Of a DNA stretch of 12,338 nt, positions 1-7,626 are shown piece by piece. The translations under genes were made by a program, and so were the position numbers. How positions within the stretch are numbered: position 1 is the stretch's first letter; every line of letters starts with the position of its first letter. The stretch spans positions 1-12,338 of the forward strand of contig PKZK01000093.1 of the NCBI GenBank assembly GCA_003133025.1, read 5' to 3'. The notes beneath the pieces are model-generated. The model saw only the letters and a program-made list of their open reading frames with translations. It was not told the DNA's origin and did not search any database. This stretch comes from Vulcanimicrobiota bacterium (GTDB taxonomy: Bacteria > Vulcanimicrobiota > Vulcanimicrobiia > Vulcanimicrobiales > Vulcanimicrobiaceae).

Positions 1-458
1 CCGATCACGCGGTCGCCGTCCCAGAGCAATTCTTGGCCCGGGAAGGCCGGGAACACGTCGGCGCCTTCGGCCTCGGCAACGCCGCCCAGCCACTTGGTGA
101 GCTTCTGCAGGCTGGCGACGAACTTGCCCGCGTTCTTCATCATCGGCGGCATCATCGCCGCGGGCACGCCGATCTTGCCGCCCGCGGTGAGGTACCACAT
201 CGCATCGGAGGTCACTTCGGATTCGAGCGGCGCCTCCGCGCGCCAGCCGGGAAGCAAGTCGTTGAAGCCCGCCGGATCGACGACGGCGCCCGAGATGCCG
301 TGGTTGCCGATGTCGCCGCCCTTCTCGATCAGCATGACCGAAAGGTCGTCCTTGCCCGCCTCCTTGGCCAGTTGGCGCAGGCGGATGGCGGCGGCGAGAC
401 CCGCCGGGCCTCCGCCGACGATGAGGACGTCGACTTCGAGTTGATCGCGTTCAGGCAT
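1..458 (-). CDS. Electron transfer flavoprotein:quinone oxidoreductase (ETF-QO/FixC family), N-terminal part; runs off the left edge
   Basis: Not in the ORF track. My translation from ATG at 458 gives MPERDQLEVDVLIVGGGPAGLAAAIRLRQLAKEAGKDDLSVMLIEKGGDIGNHGISGAVVDP...SLQKLTKWLGGVAEAEGADVFPAFPG. It has the FAD-binding GxGxxG motif plus the EKG..IG.H..SGA and WL...AE..G..V.P motifs typical of ETF-QO. The frame is open to the window edge. Confidence 0.9.
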   Translation of the reverse strand, partial: MPERDQLEVDVLIVGGGPAGLAAAIRLRQLAKEAGKDDLSVMLIEKGGDIGNHGISGAVVDPAGFNDLLPGWRAEAPLESEVTSDAMWYLTAGGKIGVPAAMMPPMMKNAGKFVASLQKLTKWLGGVAEAEGADVFPAFPGQELLWDGDRVI

Positions 459-549
459 AGCTTCGGGCGCTTCAATAGGTGCGCCGAAATCTCTTGTGTC
501 CGGTCGTTCGCACGTCGGAAAAGTCTTCCATCGCCGCGAAGGCCCCACC

Positions 550-1824
550 ATGAACGTCCGCCTTGCCTACGGTCGCACCGGCCTCGACGTGACGGTGCCC
601 GACGACGCGCTGATCGTCGAACCGGCCGATCCGCCGCCGTGCCCGGACGAACGCGAGGCTTTTCGCGCCGCCGTGCGCGCCCCGATCGGCGCGCCGGCGC
701 TGCGCGAACTGATCGGTTCGCACGAGCGCGTCGTGATCGTCACCTCCGACGTGACCCGAGCGACGCCCAACGAGCGGCTCATCCCGTGGATTCTCGACGA
801 GATCGCCCACGTGCCGGCCGAGCAGATCACGGTACTGATCGGCACGGGCTCGCATCGCGCCACCACGCCGGCCGAGTTGCTCGCGATGTTCGGCGCCGCG
901 ACGCTCGCGCGCGTACGCGTCGTCGATCACGACGCGCACGACGAAGCGCAGCAAACCTTCTTGGGCACCACTTCGCTGGGCGCGCGCGCGTTCTTGAATG
1001 CCGAGTACGTGGCCGCCGACAAGCGCATCTGCGTGGGCTTCATCGAGCCGCACTTTTACGCCGGCTTCTCGGGCGGCCCCAAAGGCATCATGCCGGGCGT
1101 GGCGGGCATCGAGACGGTCAAGTTCTTCCACAATGCGCGCATGATCGGCGACCCGCGCACCACCTGGCTCAACCTCGAGGACAACCCGGTCCAGGCGATG
1201 GCTCGCGAGGTCGCGGCGCTCGCGCCGCCCGACTTCCTGGTCAACGTCACACTCGACCGGGAGAAGCGCATCACCGGCTTCTTCTGCGGCGACTATCGCG
1301 AGGCGCATCTCCACGGAGCCGCATTCTGCAAACGCCACGCGGCGCAAGCGGTGCCGCATCGCTACGATGTCGTGGTCACCACCAACGGCGGCTATCCGCT
1401 GGATCAAAACCTCTATCAGTGCGGAAAGGGCTTGACCGCCGCTGCCTTCATCGTCAAGTCCGGCGGCACGATCGTCATGTGCGCCGAATTGAGCGACGGC
1501 CTTCCCGACCACGGTAATTTCAAGGACATCATCCGCGCGCAGAGCACGCCGCACGCGCTACTGGAAATGATCGAGCAGCCCGGATATTCGGTCTACGACC
1601 AGTGGGCGGCGCAGAGTCAGGCGCTGGTGCTGCTGCAAGCGCGCGTGAAATTGCGCTCGTCGCTGCCCGCAGCGATCGTCAGCGGCGCGATGCTCGAGCC
1701 GGTCGACGACGTCTCGGCGGCGATCCGCGCCGCGCTCGAGGCTGCCGGCCCGGGCGCGACGTGCGCCGTGTTGCCGCTCGGTCCGTACGTGGTGCCCTAC
1801 GTGGCCGAAGCCGCGCTCGCGTAA
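550..1824 (+). CDS. larA: LarA-family nickel-pincer-dependent lactate/2-hydroxy-acid racemase, 424 aa
   Basis: Motifs SDVTR, GTGSHR, EPHFYAGFSGGPK, FFH and GGYPLDQNLYQCGKG. Start placed at ATG 550 (MNVRLAYGRTGL, a typical LarA N-terminus) rather than the track's 496. Substrate is not certain. Confidence 0.92.
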   Translation: MNVRLAYGRTGLDVTVPDDALIVEPADPPPCPDEREAFRAAVRAPIGAPALRELIGSHERVVIVTSDVTRATPNERLIPWILDEIAHVPAEQITVLIGTGSHRATTPAELLAMFGAATLARVRVVDHDAHDEAQQTFLGTTSLGARAFLNAEYVAADKRICVGFIEPHFYAGFSGGPKGIMPGVAGIETVKFFHNARMIGDPRTTWLNLEDNPVQAMAREVAALAPPDFLVNVTLDREKRITGFFCGDYREAHLHGAAFCKRHAAQAVPHRYDVVVTTNGGYPLDQNLYQCGKGLTAAAFIVKSGGTIVMCAELSDGLPDHGNFKDIIRAQSTPHALLEMIEQPGYSVYDQWAAQSQALVLLQARVKLRSSLPAAIVSGAMLEPVDDVSAAIRAALEAAGPGATCAVLPLGPYVVPYVAEAALA

Positions 1825-1840
1825 CGCCCCGCGCCCGAAC

Positions 1841-2077
1841 TCAGGTGCACTCGGCCCAGTAGCGGGTGCTGCCGTCGGCGTCGACGCTGCTCTTGACCAC
1901 AGCCTCGCCCGTGCAATTGACTTCGGCGGGAACGGGCTTGTCGGGCGCGTCGCTCGAGATTGCGATTCGGCAAGTGCCGAGAACCACTTCATTCCAGCCC
2001 GAGGGACGCGGCACCGACTCGACGCAAACTTCGCCGTCCTCAGTGTACACGCGCAGTGCGTCGGCGATGAACTTCAA
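1841..2077 (-). CDS. Small hypothetical protein, 78 aa, four Cys, beta-strand-like pattern
   Basis: TTG start preceded by purine-rich AGTAGGAAA. Third codon positions are mostly G/C. It fills the gap between larA and the M14 gene without overlap. Confidence 0.65.
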   Translation of the reverse strand: MKFIADALRVYTEDGEVCVESVPRPSGWNEVVLGTCRIAISSDAPDKPVPAEVNCTGEAVVKSSVDADGSTRYWAECT

Positions 2078-2139
2078 CGTTTCCTACTTTCTGTCTCGGG
2101 TAGCGGGGTGGGGACCAACCGGTTTGATCTACGACGCGG

Positions 2140-2988
2140 CTAGTGCCCGACGCCTCGTTCGGCTGCGAGCGCCGCACGCAACCGTTCGATCGCGGTGACG
2201 ACCGCGAGGCGATGCATCGCGAGCCGGGATCGCCACGGCAGCAGACGCGGCGTTTCGAACGTCAAGGTTCTGTGCGTCGCGCGCCGGCGCAGCATCCCGG
2301 GATTGTACGGCAGCGACTTGCCGAACGCCCGGAACTCGGCGTCGGTTTCGGTGACCACGCGTCCGCGTTCGATGTGCACGAATTGCTCGAGCCCGGGAGG
2401 GTAGCCCAGATCGAACCCCGGCCCGAACTCCTCGATGGGAAAGCCGGCTTCCTCGACGGCACGGACGCACTCGGGGCCGATCGGGGACGCGTCGCCCGAA
2501 TCCGAAAGTTCGTAACAGTAGAAGCCGCCGGCCTCGGGATCTTCGTGCAGATCGAGCGAGAGCGCGAACTGCCGGTCGCGATTTGCGGTGAGGATCGCGC
2601 GCGCCTCGGGCGTCGATCCGCCGCCGCCGAAACTGCGGTTGATGTCCAGGCCTTCCGCGTTGGCGCGCGTGCCGGCCGCATAGCCGCTGGGATTGGCGCA
2701 GGGCCACAACCGATACGCAAACGAGCGGTCGAGCAAGCCGTCGCGCACGAGCGAGAGCAGCGCCCACGGCCCGGCCGGTTCGTCGCCGTGCATGCCGGCC
2801 GCAATCGCGATAGCGTGCTGCCCGGCAGGCGACCCACGGTCCGCGGGAATGTCCGCAACGAGCAGCGTGCGCGGTACGCCGACGCAGGCCGCCTCACGGA
2901 TGCCCGCACCGCTGCCCCGCAAGGCCTTCCAGGCGCGCTCGAGTTCGGCGTAGGTTAAGACGTCGAAGGCGCTACCCAGCCGCCGCAC
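2140..2988 (-). CDS. M14-superfamily zinc carboxypeptidase/deacylase (succinylglutamate desuccinylase/aspartoacylase-like)
   Basis: [10 protein letters not shown] (HxxE Zn ligands), PCANPSG...RAN...DINRSF, LDLHED (third Zn ligand) and TFETP (candidate catalytic Glu). Start uncertain: GTG at 2988 overlaps the upstream gene by 17 nt, while the track uses 3033. Confidence 0.85.
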   Translation of the reverse strand: MRRLGSAFDVLTYAELERAWKALRGSGAGIREAACVGVPRTLLVADIPADRGSPAGQHAIAIAAGMHGDEPAGPWALLSLVRDGLLDRSFAYRLWPCANPSGYAAGTRANAEGLDINRSFGGGGSTPEARAILTANRDRQFALSLDLHEDPEAGGFYCYELSDSGDASPIGPECVRAVEEAGFPIEEFGPGFDLGYPPGLEQFVHIERGRVVTETDAEFRAFGKSLPYNPGMLRRRATHRTLTFETPRLLPWRSRLAMHRLAVVTAIERLRAALAAERGVGH

Positions 2989-5089
2989 GGCGAACGCCGA
3001 CGCGCCGTGAGCGCACGAGCGCCGCGAACTCATCGGGTGGCAAAGCTTGCGCGTAGTAGAAGCCCTGCTGCTCGTCGCAGCCCAGCCGCCGCACGAGCGC
3101 AGCCTGCGCGGCCGTTTCGACGCCTTCGGCGACCACGCGCAAGCCGAGCGCGTGTCCGAGGCCCACGATCGCCGAGACGATCGCCGCGTCGCCCCGATCC
3201 GCGGGCAGATCGCGCACGAAGGTGCGATCGATCTTCAGCGCGTCCACCGGAAAATGTTTGAGGTACGAGAGCGCGCTGTAACCCGTGCCGAAATCGTCGA
3301 GCGCGAAGCGCACGCCCAGCGCTTTGACCTCGGCCACCGCGCGTTTGGCGCCGGCGAGATCGTTCATCACCGCGCTCTCGGTGATTTCCAACTCGAGACG
3401 ATCGGGCGTAAAGCCGCTCTCGGCAAGCGCCTCGCGCACGACCTCGCTCGCGTTGGGATCGAGCAATTGCCGCGCGGACATGTTGATCGCGATGCGACCC
3501 GGTTCCGAACCTGCGGCCGACCACTCGCGCATCTGCCGGAGCGCGCGCCGCAGAACCCAACGGCCGAGCGGAACGATCATGCCCGTCTCTTCGCACAACG
3601 GAATGAATTCCGCGGGCGGGATCAAGCCGAGCTTCGGATGCGGCCAACGCAACAGCGCCTCGGCGCCCACGATCACGGCGCCCGGGCCGACGATGGGCTG
3701 GTAATGCAGCGCGAAGCGTTCGTGCTCGATGGCGGCGCGCAAGTCGGCCTCGAGCGAGAGCCGGTCGACGGCGCGCCGGTGGACGTTCGCGCTGTAGAAA
3801 CGCAGCCCGTTCCCGCCCGCCGCCTTGGCCCGCGAGAGCGCCGCATCGGCGGCGCGCAGCAGATCTTCGACGCAGTCGCCATCGTCGGGGAAGAGGCTGA
3901 TGCCTAAGCTGATCGTCGCGTAGAGCGCGCGGCCGTCGAGGTCGAACCGCTGCGCGAAGGCGTCGATCAAGGCTTGCCCCAGGCGCGCGGCATCCACGGC
4001 CGAGCCCGCCGCCGGCGCGACGACCACGAATTCGTCGGCGGCGAGGCGCGCGGTGGTGGCGCCCTCGGGCACGAGCGCGGTGATGCGCCGGCCTGCGGAT
4101 TGCAATAAGCGATCGCCGGCGGCGTGGCCGAGCGTGTCGTTGATGGCCTTGAAGCGGTCGAGGTCGGCGAACGCGACGATCAGGCGCGTCCCGTCGCGCC
4201 GCGCGAGCGCGAGTGCCTCCTCGAGCCGCTGTTGCAACAGCCTCCGGTTGGGCAACCCCGTCAACTCGTCGTAATGGGCCTGGCGAATCAGATCCAGCTC
4301 GACGCGTTTGCGCGCGCTGATGTCCAGCACCGTGCCGAGCGCGCGCGCGGCGCGACGCTTCCCGTCGCGCGCGAACCGGCCGCGATGTTCGACCCAACGC
4401 TCCGCTCCGTCGGCGCCGACCAGCCGCGCGTCGAGCGCAAAAGCGCTCCCGTCGGCGCGGGCTTGCGCGAACGCCGCTTCGAGCGCCGCGCGATCGGCGG
4501 GATGCGTAAAACGCACGAGCGAGTCGCCGGCCGGCTCGAACTCGCCGGGCCGCACGCCGCACAGATTGTAGAGTTCGTTCGACCACACGATGCGGCCGCC
4601 GGCGAGGTCGTAATCCCAACTGCCGAGGTGCGCGGCTTCCTGCGCCATCGCGAGCGCATCCTCGCTGCGCTGCAGGTCGAGCACCGCCCGGCGTTCGGCG
4701 GTCACGTCGAGCGCGACACCCGCGGCGCCGGCGATCGTCTCGCCGTCGCGCAGCGGTTCGACGTAGCCGCGAACGGCCCGATCCTCGAGTTCCATTTCGA
4801 AGAAGACCGCTTCGCCGGAGAGCGCCCGGCGGTTGAGCGTGGGCGCGTCCAGCATCGCGAGCGCGGCGTCGGCCGGCTGGTCGAGCAGGAGCGCGCCGTG
4901 GGCCGATTGCAGCGCTCCTTGGGCGTCGACCAGCCAGGCCAGTGCCGGCAAGCGGTCTAGCAAGGGGGCAAGCCGGCCCTCATCGGGCGGGAAGAGGCTT
5001 GGGGCTGCCGGTCGAGCGACCTTACGGCGAGCACGCCCTTCGGAAGGGCACATTGGCGACGAGGTTAGCGCGGCATCCGCAAGGGGCAT
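2972..5089 (-). CDS. PAS-PAS-GGDEF-EAL protein; probable c-di-GMP phosphodiesterase with a degenerate cyclase motif
   Basis: Two PAS/PAC-like segments (ending ALDVT and LDISARK). GGDEF-domain motifs [23 protein letters not shown] and RLAADEF. EAL-domain motifs [35 protein letters not shown] and QGFY. No transmembrane segment is apparent. The true start may be somewhat downstream. Confidence 0.93.
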   Translation of the reverse strand: MPLADAALTSSPMCPSEGRARRKVARPAAPSLFPPDEGRLAPLLDRLPALAWLVDAQGALQSAHGALLLDQPADAALAMLDAPTLNRRALSGEAVFFEMELEDRAVRGYVEPLRDGETIAGAAGVALDVTAERRAVLDLQRSEDALAMAQEAAHLGSWDYDLAGGRIVWSNELYNLCGVRPGEFEPAGDSLVRFTHPADRAALEAAFAQARADGSAFALDARLVGADGAERWVEHRGRFARDGKRRAARALGTVLDISARKRVELDLIRQAHYDELTGLPNRRLLQQRLEEALALARRDGTRLIVAFADLDRFKAINDTLGHAAGDRLLQSAGRRITALVPEGATTARLAADEFVVVAPAAGSAVDAARLGQALIDAFAQRFDLDGRALYATISLGISLFPDDGDCVEDLLRAADAALSRAKAAGGNGLRFYSANVHRRAVDRLSLEADLRAAIEHERFALHYQPIVGPGAVIVGAEALLRWPHPKLGLIPPAEFIPLCEETGMIVPLGRWVLRRALRQMREWSAAGSEPGRIAINMSARQLLDPNASEVVREALAESGFTPDRLELEITESAVMNDLAGAKRAVAEVKALGVRFALDDFGTGYSALSYLKHFPVDALKIDRTFVRDLPADRGDAAIVSAIVGLGHALGLRVVAEGVETAAQAALVRRLGCDEQQGFYYAQALPPDEFAALVRSRRVGVRRAAAG

Positions 5090-5099
5090 CCTTGCGCTA

Positions 5100-5117
5100 T
5101 GTAAAGATTTACTTACA
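5100..5117. promoter_or_regulatory. AT-rich palindromic operator candidate TGTAAA-gattta-CTTACA
   Basis: TGTAA-N8-TTACA inverted repeat in the 48-bp AT-rich gap between glcF and the EAL gene, 10 bp upstream of the EAL gene's first ATG. Confidence 0.45.
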
Positions 5118-5137
5118 CTTTGCAGATGTGAGCCGGA

Positions 5138-6427
5138 TCAAGACCGGCCGGCGATCGCCACGTCGAGTATCTCTATCGGGTGGGCGGCCGGAAGATCGAT
5201 GCCCCGCGCGCTCAGCAAAGAGCGAATTTGCAGCGTGCATCCGGGGTTGGCGCTGGCCAGCAATTGCGGAGCGACGCTCGCCACGTTATCGACCTTGCGC
5301 CGGCCGATTTCCGCGGCGCTGTCCGGCTCGAGCAGATTGTAGACGCCCGCACTTCCGCAACATTGATCGCCGTCGGGAATTTCGAGCAACTCGAGCCCGG
5401 GGATCGAGCACAGCAACGCGCGCGGCGCTTCGCGGATGCCCTGCGCGTGAGCCAAATGACACGCATCGTGATAGGCCACGCGTAGCGGCACCGGGCTACG
5501 CGGCGCTTGCGGTTCGACACCGGCCAAGAATTCGTTGACGTCTTTGACCGATGCCGCAAAGGCTTCGGCCCGCGCGGCGCGCGCGGGGTCGTCGCGCAAG
5601 AGTTGTCCGTACTCCTTGAGCGTCGAGCCGCAGCCTGCGGCGTTGATCACGATGGCGTCGAAACGCTCTCCGTCTTCCGGCCACAACCGGTCGAGCAACG
5701 CCGCCGCGAAAGCCTTGGCTTCCACGTCGCGACCTGCGTGCAACGAGAGCGCGCCGCAACAGCCTTGGCCCTGCGGCACGGTCACGTCGAAACCCTCGGC
5801 CGCGAGCACGCGGGCCGTCGACGCGTTGACGTTGGGGAAGAACACGCGTTGCACGCAACCGGCGACCAGCGCGACGCTGCCGCGCTTTGCGCCGCGCGCG
5901 GGCGTAAATGCGGGCAGGCGCGCGCGCAGTTGGGCCAGCGATAACTCGGGCACGAGCGCGTCGAGCTGGGCCATCCGCTTGCCGAACAGGTTGACCGCGC
6001 CGCTGTCGCGCGCGAGCTTCTGCAGTCCGCTCTTGCGGAAGAGGTAGAGCAGCGGCGCCAGCAACTTCAGCCGGTCGGGGCGCGGAAAGAGCGAGAACAC
6101 CAAGTCGCGGAAGCCCGCATCGAGCGGCTCGCGGCGATGCTCGCGCTCCACTTCAGCGCGGGTTTCCTCGATCAGCAGATCGTAGCGCACGCCGGAGGGA
6201 CACGCCGTGACGCAGGCCATGCAGCCCAAGCAGCGGTCGAAGTGTTCGACGACCGTATCGCTCATCTCGATCGCGCCGTCGTGCAAGCCTTTCATCAAAT
6301 CGATGCGGCCGCGGGGCGAATCGGCTTCGTAGCCCCACGACTTGTACGTCGGGCACGCGGGCAAACAGAAACCGCAGTGCACGCAGTCGGAGAGGAGTTC
6401 GTCGAACGTGCGCAGTTGTTCGTTCAT
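5138..6427 (-). CDS. glcF: Glycolate/D-2-hydroxy-acid dehydrogenase iron-sulfur subunit
   Basis: Two 4Fe-4S motifs (CVHCGFCLPACP, CLGCMACVTACP) and two CCG domains (GCCGAL, QCCGSAG), plus YHDACHLAH and SANPGC. TAATG stop/start overlap with glcE at 6425-6429. Confidence 0.93.
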   Translation of the reverse strand: MNEQLRTFDELLSDCVHCGFCLPACPTYKSWGYEADSPRGRIDLMKGLHDGAIEMSDTVVEHFDRCLGCMACVTACPSGVRYDLLIEETRAEVEREHRREPLDAGFRDLVFSLFPRPDRLKLLAPLLYLFRKSGLQKLARDSGAVNLFGKRMAQLDALVPELSLAQLRARLPAFTPARGAKRGSVALVAGCVQRVFFPNVNASTARVLAAEGFDVTVPQGQGCCGALSLHAGRDVEAKAFAAALLDRLWPEDGERFDAIVINAAGCGSTLKEYGQLLRDDPARAARAEAFAASVKDVNEFLAGVEPQAPRSPVPLRVAYHDACHLAHAQGIREAPRALLCSIPGLELLEIPDGDQCCGSAGVYNLLEPDSAAEIGRRKVDNVASVAPQLLASANPGCTLQIRSLLSARGIDLPAAHPIEILDVAIAGRS

Positions 6428-7626
6428 TACAGCCTTCCCAGGAAGCGTCCGCGATTGAAGCGCCGTCCGGGATCGAACCGCTCCTTCAACCTGCGCATGA
6501 TCGGAAACGATTGCGGCAACGTGCCGTAGGGATCGACGCTGCCCCGCAGCGCCGCATCCATGTCCGCCACCACGAGCGAGCCGCCGAGTGCCTCACATGC
6601 CGCGCGCGCGGCTGCGATCGTCGCGACGGCCCGCGAGCCCGCACCGTCGCGCACGAAGCCGCCGAGCAGAAACGTTCCGGTCGTCGGATAGGCGACGCAC
6701 TCGGCCTCGAAGCAGTCGCCGAGCGGCAAGACCGCATCGCGATGGGTTTCGACGAAGGCGGCCGGCGGAACGCTGATGCGGATGCGCACGGGCCCGCGCG
6801 GATGCGCCGCGCCCGCTGCGATGCGCACGCCCTCCGGGCCGGCATCCACGATCTGCGCTCCGGCGGCATTCGCGCTCTCGAGCCAACTCGCGCCCTGCGC
6901 GTCGACGCCGGTTTCGAAGCCTTCGAACAACACCGCCAGCGCATAGTGCGAGCCGCCCGGCTCGAGGCGCGCGAACACCGCGGCAGGCTCCAAGCGGCGC
7001 GCGATCAGGCTCCGACAGAGCGCGCGAACGCCTTCGGCCGTGAGGCCGCCGGCCTCGTACCAGCGCTCGCGCTCGGGCATGGGATGGAGGCGAAACGTCG
7101 CACGCACGATCAAGCCGAGCGAACCGAGCGAACCGACCATGAGCTTGGGCAAATCGAAGCCTGCAACGTTCTTCACGACCTTGCCGCCGCCGCGGGCGAG
7201 GGTCCCATCGGCGCGCACGATGGTGATGCCCACGATGAGGTCGCGCAACGTGCCGTACCGCGTGCGCAACGGCCCGAAAGCGTTGGTCGCGAGCAAACCG
7301 CCGATGGTCGCGCGCTCGGGCAACGCCGGATCGAGCGCGAGACGCTGGCGCTGCGGCGCGAGCGTCGTCTGCAGGGCGGCAAGCGTCATGCCGGCTTCGA
7401 CCGACACGACCATGTCCGAGGGCGCATACTCGACCACGCGGTCCAGACGTGTGGTCTCGAGCAACGCGTCGACGCGTTCGGGTTCGTAGCCCAAAGCCGA
7501 TTCCGTGCCGCCGCCGGCGAAAGTAAGCGTCGCGCCGGACTCCGCCCGCTCGCGCACCATCGCCGCCGCTTCGTCGACGCTCGCGGGGGCGAGCCGTTCG
7601 CGCAGGTCGTCCGCTTGCGAGGTCAA
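6427..7626 (-). CDS. glcE: Glycolate oxidase FAD-binding subunit
   Basis: ATIGG, GTLRDLIVG, GGKVVKNVAGFDLPKLMVGSLGSLG and C-terminal LKERFDP...FNRGR. TTG start overlaps the glcD stop (TTGA). Lies between glcD and glcF. Confidence 0.9.
   Translation of the reverse strand: MTSQADDLRERLAPASVDEAAAMVRERAESGATLTFAGGGTESALGYEPERVDALLETTRLDRVVEYAPSDMVVSVEAGMTLAALQTTLAPQRQRLALDPALPERATIGGLLATNAFGPLRTRYGTLRDLIVGITIVRADGTLARGGGKVVKNVAGFDLPKLMVGSLGSLGLIVRATFRLHPMPERERWYEAGGLTAEGVRALCRSLIARRLEPAAVFARLEPGGSHYALAVLFEGFETGVDAQGASWLESANAAGAQIVDAGPEGVRIAAGAAHPRGPVRIRISVPPAAFVETHRDAVLPLGDCFEAECVAYPTTGTFLLGGFVRDGAGSRAVATIAAARAACEALGGSLVVADMDAALRGSVDPYGTLPQSFPIMRRLKERFDPGRRFNRGRFLGRL

Noticed and set aside
33..1517. 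494-aa plus-strand ORF, plus 94..444 and the antisense ORF 472..1554
   Set aside because: Arg/Ala-rich shadow frames overlapping the ETF-QO and larA genes. Long stop-free frames are expected at this GC content.
2079..2102. GTTT-N15-GGGTA, resembling a SigB/SigF promoter on the plus strand
   Set aside because: It points into the 3' end of the M14 gene with no credible sense gene downstream, and it overlaps the RBS of the 78-aa gene. An antisense promoter is possible but unsupported.
2140..2988. Calling the M14 protein astE or mpaA
   Set aside because: The motifs identify the superfamily only, and there is no pathway context for either gene.
2129..4960. Alternative-frame and antisense ORFs over the M14 and GGDEF-EAL genes (e.g. 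2143..2958, 3030..4619, 3047..3907, 4124..4960)
   Set aside because: No recognisable motifs. Explained by codon bias of the real genes.
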